A stretch of DNA of 64,000 nucleotides from the NCBI GenBank assembly GCA_965223335.1, contig OZ244991.1, positions 928,001-992,000 on the forward strand, given 5' to 3'. This stretch comes from Thermodesulfobacteriota bacterium. Its GTDB lineage: Bacteria; Desulfobacterota_D; UBA1144; Nemesobacterales; UBA2774. The position numbers and the translations under genes are program-made. Below the pieces are notes generated by a model. It made no database searches and was not told the DNA's origin. It saw nothing but the letters and a program-made list of their open reading frames with translations. Of the stretch, positions 20,771-29,684 are shown piece by piece. Numbering within the stretch: position 1 is the stretch's first letter; every line of letters starts with the position of its first letter.

Positions 20771-22588
20771 ATGAGTCGAACCTCTAAACTTACATCCATA
20801 CACGAAAACGCAAAATCCTATAACAAGGTCAAAGCCAAGCATATTGTCGAGTCTCTGTACAAGGATTTTACCCCCTATCAGGAGATCGAGGATTTCTCGC
20901 TCGAATTGACTGCCCCCTCGGGCCAAGTAATCAAACTTGAAGATGACCCTGCAATGCTGATAGGCACCGCCACACTGCGTTCAAACGACAAGCGAGTTGC
21001 AATAATAGCCCAGCAAATGCCCTCAAGCGATAACGAGCGTGCAACCCTTAACTACGGACTCATAAAAGCAGACGGGTACGGGCTTGCGTACAACATGATG
21101 GAGTACGCTGAGCAGAACGGATTATTCGTACACACATTCATAGACACTATAGGCGGCGACCCGTTTGAATACTCCGCCGAGAAACTACAGTCGTGGCTAA
21201 TATCCTACTGCCAGTCTAAAATGATCTCGCTTAAAACTAAATCCGTATCACTAGTAATTGGGAGCGGTGGCAGCGGGGGTGCGATCGCACTACAGCTCGC
21301 TCACCGCAGGCTCATGTTGTCACGCGCCGAGTACTCGGTGATTACCGCAGAGGGATGCTCGGCAATCTTATTTCGAAGTGCCGAGAAAATCGAACAGGCG
21401 CTAGAGGTACTACAACCCACATCCGAGTACATGCTGCGCTACGGTATAGTCGACAGAGTAATTAAGGAGCCGGCCATAAACGGCACTGAATATATGTCCA
21501 AAGTTCTCGCGAGCATAGAAAAGGCCATCAAAAAAGCCACCGATGAACTTGAAAAATCCGATATTACATATCTTCACGACGACCTGGTCGGTAGAATCGA
21601 AGAATGCGGCGGATTAGAAAAAGGCGAGCATTCCTATTACACAATCGCAAAAAAAATTAAGAGCTGGTTCCCCTCAAACCCCTTCGGCAAATCCACTACC
21701 CCTGAGGTATCTCAGATGCAGATCGCTCTTTACGGTGCCGAGCCCTATTTCTGTAACGACGAAAAAGATGCAGAAGGCAATATTACCCGGCAGGGCTGCC
21801 GGCAGCATTTTGCAAAAGAGGATTACGAAAAAAATTTCTACACTTGTCCCTACTGCCGTAAACCCAACCCTATGGGCTCCGATGACTATCTACACTTACT
21901 ACTTGACCACGACTCTTTCCACGAGATCCATCCCAACCTCTCTACAGATGATATCGATGCCAGATTTAATTTCTATAATTACTCGGACAGCCGTAAAAAG
22001 ATGTCTAAACGCACGGACTCCAAAGACTCCTTGATAATAGGGTACGGCACACTGTTCGGCACACCCGTGGCGATAGCTGTCAGTGACTTTCGGTTTATGG
22101 GTGGGTCCATGGGCGCAGTATTTGGAGAAAAATTTAGACTGCTTACTGAATTTGCACTCATGAAAAACCTCCCCGTGCTTTTTATTACAGCCTCCGGCGG
22201 AGCTAGGATGCAGGAAGGTACAGTAGCACTTTATCAGATGGCAAAAACCATCTCCTCGGTCCTAAAACTAAAGGCATCGGGACTACCGTTTATTTCGATC
22301 CTGGGGCACCCCACTACCGGGGGAGCATTAGCGAGCTATGCGGTGCAGGGGGACTTTATAATTGCCGAGAAGCGTGGCACAGTGGCATTCGCGGGGGATA
22401 GGGTAGTAAAACTTACAAGTGGGGGCAGGGGGGTAGACCCGAATGTAATGACGTCCGAGTTCTTTGCCAAGCAGGGTGGGATACATCTGGTGATTGAACG
22501 AAGCCAGATGAAATCCGCACTCTCAGGGATCTTAAAACTCACTAAGTGGTATATGGATAGACACAACATGAAACCGCTATTATCCTAG
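20771..22588 (+). CDS. Fused acyl-CoA carboxylase carboxyltransferase, alpha (AccA-like) then beta (AccD-like)
   Basis: N-half: FIDTIG, IGSGGSGG, YSVITAEGCSAIL. C-half: Cys4 ribbon, DFRFMGGSMG, SGGARMQEG, PTTGG. Confidence 0.88.
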   Translation: MSRTSKLTSIHENAKSYNKVKAKHIVESLYKDFTPYQEIEDFSLELTAPSGQVIKLEDDPAMLIGTATLRSNDKRVAIIAQQMPSSDNERATLNYGLIKADGYGLAYNMMEYAEQNGLFVHTFIDTIGGDPFEYSAEKLQSWLISYCQSKMISLKTKSVSLVIGSGGSGGAIALQLAHRRLMLSRAEYSVITAEGCSAILFRSAEKIEQALEVLQPTSEYMLRYGIVDRVIKEPAINGTEYMSKVLASIEKAIKKATDELEKSDITYLHDDLVGRIEECGGLEKGEHSYYTIAKKIKSWFPSNPFGKSTTPEVSQMQIALYGAEPYFCNDEKDAEGNITRQGCRQHFAKEDYEKNFYTCPYCRKPNPMGSDDYLHLLLDHDSFHEIHPNLSTDDIDARFNFYNYSDSRKKMSKRTDSKDSLIIGYGTLFGTPVAIAVSDFRFMGGSMGAVFGEKFRLLTEFALMKNLPVLFITASGGARMQEGTVALYQMAKTISSVLKLKASGLPFISILGHPTTGGALASYAVQGDFIIAEKRGTVAFAGDRVVKLTSGGRGVDPNVMTSEFFAKQGGIHLVIERSQMKSALSGILKLTKWYMDRHNMKPLLS

Positions 22589-22811
22589 TCTATTCTCCCC
22601 AGATTTATGGGCTCTAGCGCTCATTCAATCATATCATATAAGAACCTCCCTCATATTTATCATGTACTGGAATCTCTATATATATGTAATTACAAGAGGA
22701 TAGAAATAGCAATGACATTTGAAACCTATTACAATGTTATGATACTAGCTCGAATGCTGTAGCCGAGGCTGCGGAGCTGTATCAAGTTATTTTGAATTAA
22801 GATCCGTAACA

Positions 22812-24677
22812 ATGACAAAGAATCATGATAAAACAACCGTCGTTATAGGCGGGGGCCCGGCAGGGCTCACCGCGGCATACGAGCTCTCTAAAACCGATAT
22901 TAAATCCATAGTAGTCGAGAAAGACGAGGTTGTGGGGGGGTTAGCAAGGACTGTCGACCGTAACGGTTTTCTTTTCGACATCGGGGGACACCGGTTCTTC
23001 ACAAAGGTAAAAGCCGTAGAAGAGATGTGGAACGAGGTCCTCCAAGACGATTTCCTGCATCGCGATAGACTCTCCAGGATCTACTACAACAACACCTTCT
23101 TTTACTATCCGTTTAAGGTCTCAAACGCCGTTTTCGGGCTCGGTGTATGGAACAGCATCCTCATACTCACAAGCTATTTCAAAGCCCAGCTACTCCCTCT
23201 AAAACCCGAAGACACATTCGAGACCTGGATAACAAACCGGTTCGGTACCAAGCTGTATCAGATGTTCTTCAAAACATACACCGAGAAGGTCTGGGGCATA
23301 CCCTGCGACCAGATCAGCGCGGAATGGGCTGCTCAGAGAATAAAAGGCCTCTCCCTTATGAGTGCGCTCAAAAATGCGCTAATCAGTACAAATAACGGGA
23401 ACAACGACAAAGTTATCAAAACGTTGATAGATAAATTCCACTACCCCAAACTCGGCCCCGGGATGATGTGGGAGAAGGTGCGAGACATAGTAGAGAGCAG
23501 GGGCCACGAGGTTTTATTAAATTCTTGTGTGGATAAGATTGTATGGAATGGCGAGAAATTAGAATCTATCGAAATAGTATCGGGTAATGAAAAAACTACA
23601 CTTAGCGGTGACCATTTCATAAGCAGCATGCCGATACGCGAGCTTATAGCCAAGCTCGACCCTAAACCCCAGTCCAGTATTGAGGAGGCCGCCAACTCAC
23701 TTAATTACCGCGACTTTTTAACCGTAGTAGTAATCCTCGACAAACCCGAGGTTTTCCCCGATAACTGGATATATATCCACGACCCCGATGTAAGTGTAGG
23801 CAGGATACAAAATTTTAAGAACTGGAGCCCGTATATGGTTCCCGACCCGGCTAAAACATGCCTTGGGCTAGAGTATTTTTGCTTCGAAGGCGACGATTTG
23901 TGGGACTCCACCGACACCCAGCTTATTGAGCTTGCCTCGAAAGAACTCGAGACACTCGGTTTAGTCAACGCCTCTGATATTACAGAAGGTCATGTTGTTA
24001 GAATGCCCAAGGCCTATCCCGTCTATGACTCTACCTACCGGCAATCTCTCGCCACCATTCGCGATTTTGTCAATAATATAGACAACTTGCAGTTAGTAGG
24101 ACGAAACGGAATGCACAGGTACAACAACCAGGACCACTCCATGCTAACCGCCATGCTGGCTGTGAAAAATATTCTAGGCGCAGACTATGACCTTTGGCAG
24201 GTAAACATGGACAGCGAATACTTGGAGGAGCAAACCGAGGCTGAGGGTACACGCCAACAAGAGTATGCAGACCTCGAGTCAACCCAGCCACGTGTACCTG
24301 TTACCGTTAACCCCGAAACTGTGGCAAGTGCAGAACAGGCACTTATCATTAGGGCCTTTTCCAGACTCGACCAGTTTGCACTGGGTGTGTCAGTGGGATC
24401 TGTAAGTGCAATCGGCATTTTATTGGCGACTATGATCTTAGTACTTAAGGGAGGCCCCGTGGTCGGGCCCAACATGCAATTGCTAAGCAACTATTTTCAG
24501 GGCTATACCGTGAGCATTCAAGGAGCGTTTTTGGCTGCGGGGTATTGCTTGTTCCTGGGTTTTATATTCGGTTGGCTTTTTGCATATTTAAAAAACCTGT
24601 TTACAGCTATTTACATATTCGGTATTAAAAAGAGATCTGAATTAAATAGATTCAGCGACTTTTTAGATCATATATAA
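22812..24677 (+). CDS. FAD-dependent oxidoreductase/NDP-pyranose mutase-like protein with C-terminal membrane domain
   Basis: GGGPAG Rossmann motif, FDIGGHRF, GRNGMHRYNNQDHSM; about 110 aa hydrophobic tail. Confidence 0.8.
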   Translation: MTKNHDKTTVVIGGGPAGLTAAYELSKTDIKSIVVEKDEVVGGLARTVDRNGFLFDIGGHRFFTKVKAVEEMWNEVLQDDFLHRDRLSRIYYNNTFFYYPFKVSNAVFGLGVWNSILILTSYFKAQLLPLKPEDTFETWITNRFGTKLYQMFFKTYTEKVWGIPCDQISAEWAAQRIKGLSLMSALKNALISTNNGNNDKVIKTLIDKFHYPKLGPGMMWEKVRDIVESRGHEVLLNSCVDKIVWNGEKLESIEIVSGNEKTTLSGDHFISSMPIRELIAKLDPKPQSSIEEAANSLNYRDFLTVVVILDKPEVFPDNWIYIHDPDVSVGRIQNFKNWSPYMVPDPAKTCLGLEYFCFEGDDLWDSTDTQLIELASKELETLGLVNASDITEGHVVRMPKAYPVYDSTYRQSLATIRDFVNNIDNLQLVGRNGMHRYNNQDHSMLTAMLAVKNILGADYDLWQVNMDSEYLEEQTEAEGTRQQEYADLESTQPRVPVTVNPETVASAEQALIIRAFSRLDQFALGVSVGSVSAIGILLATMILVLKGGPVVGPNMQLLSNYFQGYTVSIQGAFLAAGYCLFLGFIFGWLFAYLKNLFTAIYIFGIKKRSELNRFSDFLDHI

Positions 24678-24710
24678 TGTCATTGAATTCCCGTTATAAT
24701 CGAGGTATTA

Positions 24711-25037
24711 ATGCCGCAAAAGCCGAGTGAAGAGCAACAACTTAAAGAAGCAGTCGCATTTTTGAACGCCAAGATGCTGGGTTTGGTTCTGGGACTGCTG
24801 TTAGGAGCTGCGATTTTTATTGCAACTATCTGGCTTGTTTTAAAAGGACCCCACATAAGCAAGACGGGAGAAGTCATTTTGGGCCCTCATTTAAGTTTAC
24901 TAAAACAGTTTTTCATCGGATACAGTGTTTCAATCCCCGGCAGTATTATCGGTTTTCTCTACGGCTTTGCGGTCGGTACGATCTGCGGTTCGTTAATAGG
25001 TTGGATTTATAACAAGATAGTTATACTCAGAAGGTAA
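24711..25037 (+). CDS. Small membrane protein paralogous to the C-terminal domain of the upstream flavoprotein
   Basis: GAGGT RBS; shared LVLKG..GP...L...F.GY.VSI.G pattern. Confidence 0.8.
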   Translation: MPQKPSEEQQLKEAVAFLNAKMLGLVLGLLLGAAIFIATIWLVLKGPHISKTGEVILGPHLSLLKQFFIGYSVSIPGSIIGFLYGFAVGTICGSLIGWIYNKIVILRR

Positions 25038-25064
25038 CTCTCCCTTTCACAACCTAGCTATAAA

Positions 25065-26249
25065 ATGAGAATCCTATTGGTCAATGACTACGGTACGGCG
25101 ACTGGGGGCGCAGAGTTGCAAATGCTAATGATCCGTCAAATGTTAAGACAACAGGGTCATGACGCAAGATTATTCACAAGCTCCGCAAGAATTAACGGCC
25201 AAAGTAACCTGGCAGATTATACAAGCTTCGGTACCACAACCGGTTTTAGAACACTCGCTCAAACCCTAAACCCATTTGCGTATCTGAAACTACGACAGAT
25301 CATATCGAACTTTAGACCCGAAGTTGTTCATATAAGAATTTTTCTCACCCAACTCTCACCCCTTATACTGCTTGCACTGGGCGACATACCTACCATTCAA
25401 CACGTTGTTTGGTACCGCCCCATCTGCCCTACGGGCACTAAATTTCTTCCAAACGAAACAATTTGTAACCATAGACCTGGCAGGCCCTGCATTGATAATC
25501 GTTGTATACCTATTCAGGATTACTTACCCCTTATGCTGCAACAAAAATTATATAACAACTGGCGCTCAAAAATAAATTTAACACTCGCAAATAGTTTGGC
25601 TGTTAAAAAACGTCTTACTGATGAGGGTTACACCGATGTCGATGTACTACATAACGGGGTAGTTTCAAGGCCGATTCGAAAACATATCTCTGATACCCCA
25701 AAGGTAGTGTTCGCCGGCAGACTTGTGCGCGAAAAAGGCACCGACTTACTCTTAAGAGCATTTTTTAAAGTCAGATCTAACATCCCTGACACCCAATTGC
25801 TGATCGCAGGCTCTGGGCCCGAGTACGCACCGATTAAATCACTTATAGACAAATTAGGTCTAAGAGAAAATGTCCATTTACTCGGCCAGATATCTGCGGA
25901 AAAAGAAGATGAGCTCTTCGAGGATGCTTGGGTACAGGTCGTCCCGTCCCTGTGGGAAGAACCCTGCTCCAACTCCGCACTCGAGGCCATGATGAGGGGC
26001 AATGCTGTCATTGCCACAGACATCGGCGGGTTCACGGATTTTATAGAGCACGGTACAAATGGACAGCTCGTACCCCCAAATGACGAAGAGGCGCTAGTAA
26101 CGGCTTTATTAAGCATATTGGGAGATAAGAGCCTGGCAATCGAGCTCGGTAAAAATGCACACGCCTCGATAAGCAAAAGATTTAACTCCGAGAATCATAT
26201 CAATAAGCTTGAGCAAATATACAAAAACCTGATTGAATCCGATAAATGA
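25065..26249 (+). CDS. Glycosyltransferase family 4
   Basis: GGAE, FAGRLVREKG, EPCSNSALE. Confidence 0.92.
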   Translation: MRILLVNDYGTATGGAELQMLMIRQMLRQQGHDARLFTSSARINGQSNLADYTSFGTTTGFRTLAQTLNPFAYLKLRQIISNFRPEVVHIRIFLTQLSPLILLALGDIPTIQHVVWYRPICPTGTKFLPNETICNHRPGRPCIDNRCIPIQDYLPLMLQQKLYNNWRSKINLTLANSLAVKKRLTDEGYTDVDVLHNGVVSRPIRKHISDTPKVVFAGRLVREKGTDLLLRAFFKVRSNIPDTQLLIAGSGPEYAPIKSLIDKLGLRENVHLLGQISAEKEDELFEDAWVQVVPSLWEEPCSNSALEAMMRGNAVIATDIGGFTDFIEHGTNGQLVPPNDEEALVTALLSILGDKSLAIELGKNAHASISKRFNSENHINKLEQIYKNLIESDK

Positions 26250-26388
26250 TAAAGAGCACCCGAAGCCCTTAAATATATTTTCGGAAACGAAGATGACGAC
26301 TATATTCTAAAGATAAAAAGAGCGAAGTTTTTTAAGAAAGAACATGAATAGGGAGTAGTTTACCTAAAACGCGCTTTGTTTTATTTCT

Positions 26389-27432
26389 ATGTACCAACAA
26401 TTAAAGATCGGTATCCTAGGTTTTGGCAGCATAGTGCAGAACGTGCACTTTAACACCCTGCGAAAATTAAATAATGTAGCAATATCCGCAATTGCAGATT
26501 CAAACCCCGAGCATTTAAAGATCGCGGGTTCGCTGGCACCCGATGCCGTTTTGTACAGCGACTACGATGAACTGCTCAAACAATCAGATACCGATGTTGT
26601 TTTAATCTGTCTGCCGAACCATATGCACTGTGATTCAGCCACAACAACACTCAGTCTCGGTAAACACGTATACCTCGAAAAACCAATAGCCTCTAACCTC
26701 TCAGACGGCTCCCGCGTGCTCGAGTCCTCGTATCAATCTCAGTCAAGGTGTATGGTAGGGTTCAATTTCCGTTTCAACGCACTGCACCAATTGGCTAAAG
26801 AGAAGATCGGTTCAGATATGATTGGCGCTATCAACAACGTACGCACCATATTCAGCTCTTCACTAGGCGCTTCGAGTGATTGGAAAAAATCTCGGGCCAC
26901 CGGTGGCGGGGTATTGCTTGATCTCGGGTCACACCACATTGACCTCATGCGTTACTTATTCAATGTGGAAATATCAGATGTTAGGGCGCGTGTGTGGTCG
27001 GTAAAGACAGAAGAGGACAATGCCGAATTAGAGCTGCGGCTTACAAACGGTACAGAGGTGCATTCATACTTCTCCCGAAGCTCCTCGGACCAAGACCTTA
27101 TCGAGATTTACGGTGCCCGAGGAACTATTAAAATCGATCGTTTTAATGCATTCAATTTAGACATAACAACACCGGGGGAGACCAAAACTAGATTAGGACA
27201 GTTTACTAACAAATTATCATCCATCATAAAGAGCCCTCTGTTGCTTGACCGGTTCATTTCACCAAAGCGGGAAAGATCGTACGAGGTTGCTATGGCTCAC
27301 TTTATAGACGCAATAATTAATAATAAAAAAGTTAGCCCCAACCTAAAAGACGGCTATAGGAGCCTCCAGGTAATCCACGCTGCAGAGGAATCTGCCAAAA
27401 CGGGTAATACCGTACAGGTTTCTGTTGATTAA
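26389..27432 (+). CDS. Gfo/Idh/MocA family NAD-dependent oxidoreductase (sugar dehydrogenase-like)
   Basis: GILGFGSI, HVYLEKP, GGGVLLDLGSHHID. Confidence 0.92.
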   Translation: MYQQLKIGILGFGSIVQNVHFNTLRKLNNVAISAIADSNPEHLKIAGSLAPDAVLYSDYDELLKQSDTDVVLICLPNHMHCDSATTTLSLGKHVYLEKPIASNLSDGSRVLESSYQSQSRCMVGFNFRFNALHQLAKEKIGSDMIGAINNVRTIFSSSLGASSDWKKSRATGGGVLLDLGSHHIDLMRYLFNVEISDVRARVWSVKTEEDNAELELRLTNGTEVHSYFSRSSSDQDLIEIYGARGTIKIDRFNAFNLDITTPGETKTRLGQFTNKLSSIIKSPLLLDRFISPKRERSYEVAMAHFIDAIINNKKVSPNLKDGYRSLQVIHAAEESAKTGNTVQVSVD

Positions 27433-27476
27433 CATCCATCTTGCATAAGCATGAAGTCCCACCATAACAATCCGGT

Positions 27477-28460
27477 ATGAAAAACACTTCATCTCCACAG
27501 ATGTCTGTCATCATATGTGCACCTAATGGCTATCACATAGTCCGTAAGACTGTTGAACACTTAAGAAGACAGACCGCTGTGGACCAGCTCGAACTAATCA
27601 TAATGACACCGTCTCTGTCCACCCTCGATACGACTGATTCTGACCTTGGTTGTTTCTACCAGACCTCTATATATGAGGCCGACACTAACAAAATTGCACA
27701 AACCCGTTCCATAGCCGTACAAAAAGCACTGTCACCTATAGTAGTATTTGCAGAGGACCATTCCTTCCCCGAGCCCAGGTGGGCCGAAGCAATGATCCAT
27801 GCACACAAGGGTCCATGGGCAGCTGTAGGACCCGTAGTGTGTAATGCAAACCCTGGAAATGTTAATAGCTGGGCACAGTACTTCATGACCTACGGACGTT
27901 GGTCCGAGCCTATTGAAAGCGATGAAATCGACGATCTCCCGGGACATAACAGTTCATATAAAAAAGAATTTCTTCTACAATACGATGACGAGCTACACAT
28001 TAAACTCTTGAGAGAGTATTTCCTACACCGCGACCTTCGACAAAGAGGCTACAAACTTTATTTAGAATCACGGGCCCGCACACACCATATTAATGTTTCT
28101 ATCTACTCCTCGATTTTAAGCGATATGTACACAGGCGGCCGGTTATTTGCTGCTGCACAGGTGTTAAATGACAACTGGTCCCCTTCCACACGCCTCTTTA
28201 GAGCTTTATACGAACCACTTGTCATGTTCAGATATTTCTTGAGTATATTAAAAAACACTAAAAGATCCGGGAAATGGAAGGATCTATACCCTAAATTCAT
28301 CCCGATACTGGTCTCCGGGGTCTCAGCACACCTATTTGGAAAGATAGTCGGCTACATTTTTGGTCTAGGTAATTCAGAGTACAAGGCACACGATTTTGAA
28401 TTTAACCGGTCTAAACATATAACAGATAGCGATAAAGATCTACTAAAAACTTCTTATTAA
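27477..28460 (+). CDS. Glycosyltransferase family 2, divergent
   Basis: SVII start, VVFAEDH (DxD-like), GHNSSY, C-terminal amphipathic/TM region. Confidence 0.75.
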   Translation: MKNTSSPQMSVIICAPNGYHIVRKTVEHLRRQTAVDQLELIIMTPSLSTLDTTDSDLGCFYQTSIYEADTNKIAQTRSIAVQKALSPIVVFAEDHSFPEPRWAEAMIHAHKGPWAAVGPVVCNANPGNVNSWAQYFMTYGRWSEPIESDEIDDLPGHNSSYKKEFLLQYDDELHIKLLREYFLHRDLRQRGYKLYLESRARTHHINVSIYSSILSDMYTGGRLFAAAQVLNDNWSPSTRLFRALYEPLVMFRYFLSILKNTKRSGKWKDLYPKFIPILVSGVSAHLFGKIVGYIFGLGNSEYKAHDFEFNRSKHITDSDKDLLKTSY

Positions 28461-28481
28461 CAACTGCAACTAGTCCCTTCG

Positions 28482-29669
28482 ATGAAAATTCTTCTGATCA
28501 ACGATTACGGCACACCTACGGGTGGATCCGAAAACCATATACTACAACTAAGAGAGTCTCTCCGAAAACTAGGCCACGACGCAAGGCTCTTCACAAGCAG
28601 CGCCAACACGGGTACTACCGATATACACTCCGATTACACCTGCTTCGGCACCACATCTTCGCTGAGAACAGTTCTTCAGTCACTAAACCCCTGGGCCTAT
28701 TTCAAATTGCGTAGTGTGCTCTCCCAGTTTCAACCCGACCTTGTATACGTAAACATATTCCTCACTCAACTATCACCCATTATACTCCCTCTACTCAACA
28801 ATATTCCCTCATTCTATCACGTAGTGTGGTATAGACCCATCTGTTTCACCGGCACAAAATTCTTTCCGAACAACAACGTTTGTAATACCCGATATGGACT
28901 CGCTTGCTATCGTAACAACTGCGTGCCGATTAGGGATTGGATCCCGCTTACACTACAGATGATAATGTGGAAACATTGGCGGGGGGTATTCAATAAAATT
29001 CTTGCTAACAGCTCTCACCTAAAAGACAGGCTCGAAGCTGAGGGGTTCACGGATGTAGACGTTATAGAACACCACTTTCAGCATCTACCCGATAAAACCA
29101 GACAATCCAAAACACCGACCGTGACATATGCGGGAAGGTTGGTTAAAGAAAAAGGCGTAGATATTCTCCTTAGGGGTTTTACGATAGTTCTAGAAAACCA
29201 TCCTCAGTGTAGGCTTCAAATTGCAGGTGAAGGCCCTGAGCATAACAGATTAACAAACCTAAGCAAAGAACTCGGTATATCTGAAAATACCGAGTTTCTG
29301 GGTCATGTCTCTCACAGAGACATAGACAATCGACTGGGGGGCTCTTGGATACAGGTTGTCCCCTCGATCTGGGAAGAGCCGTTTGGGATGGTTGCAGTAG
29401 AATCCATGCTCCGCGGGACCACTGTAATCGCAAGCTCTACCGGGGGGCTTAAGGAAATTATTATCCACGAGAAAACCGGGCTGCTTGTACCTCCCGGCGA
29501 TGTGGGCGCACTTGCCCGAGCAATGATAAGAGTAATTACTGATCATGAGCTACGCTACTGTCTTAGCCACGAAGGCAAGCAGTTTGCAATATCACGTTTT
29601 AAAAATAATAACGCAGACATTTTAATTAACCTTTACGAATCGCTTTACAATAATTCACCTACTGTATAA
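28482..29669 (+). CDS. Glycosyltransferase family 4, paralog of 25065..26249
   Basis: GGSE, YAGRLVKEKG, EPFGMVAVE. Confidence 0.92.
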   Translation: MKILLINDYGTPTGGSENHILQLRESLRKLGHDARLFTSSANTGTTDIHSDYTCFGTTSSLRTVLQSLNPWAYFKLRSVLSQFQPDLVYVNIFLTQLSPIILPLLNNIPSFYHVVWYRPICFTGTKFFPNNNVCNTRYGLACYRNNCVPIRDWIPLTLQMIMWKHWRGVFNKILANSSHLKDRLEAEGFTDVDVIEHHFQHLPDKTRQSKTPTVTYAGRLVKEKGVDILLRGFTIVLENHPQCRLQIAGEGPEHNRLTNLSKELGISENTEFLGHVSHRDIDNRLGGSWIQVVPSIWEEPFGMVAVESMLRGTTVIASSTGGLKEIIIHEKTGLLVPPGDVGALARAMIRVITDHELRYCLSHEGKQFAISRFKNNNADILINLYESLYNNSPTV

Positions 29670-29684
29670 ATTCGGTGTAACACT

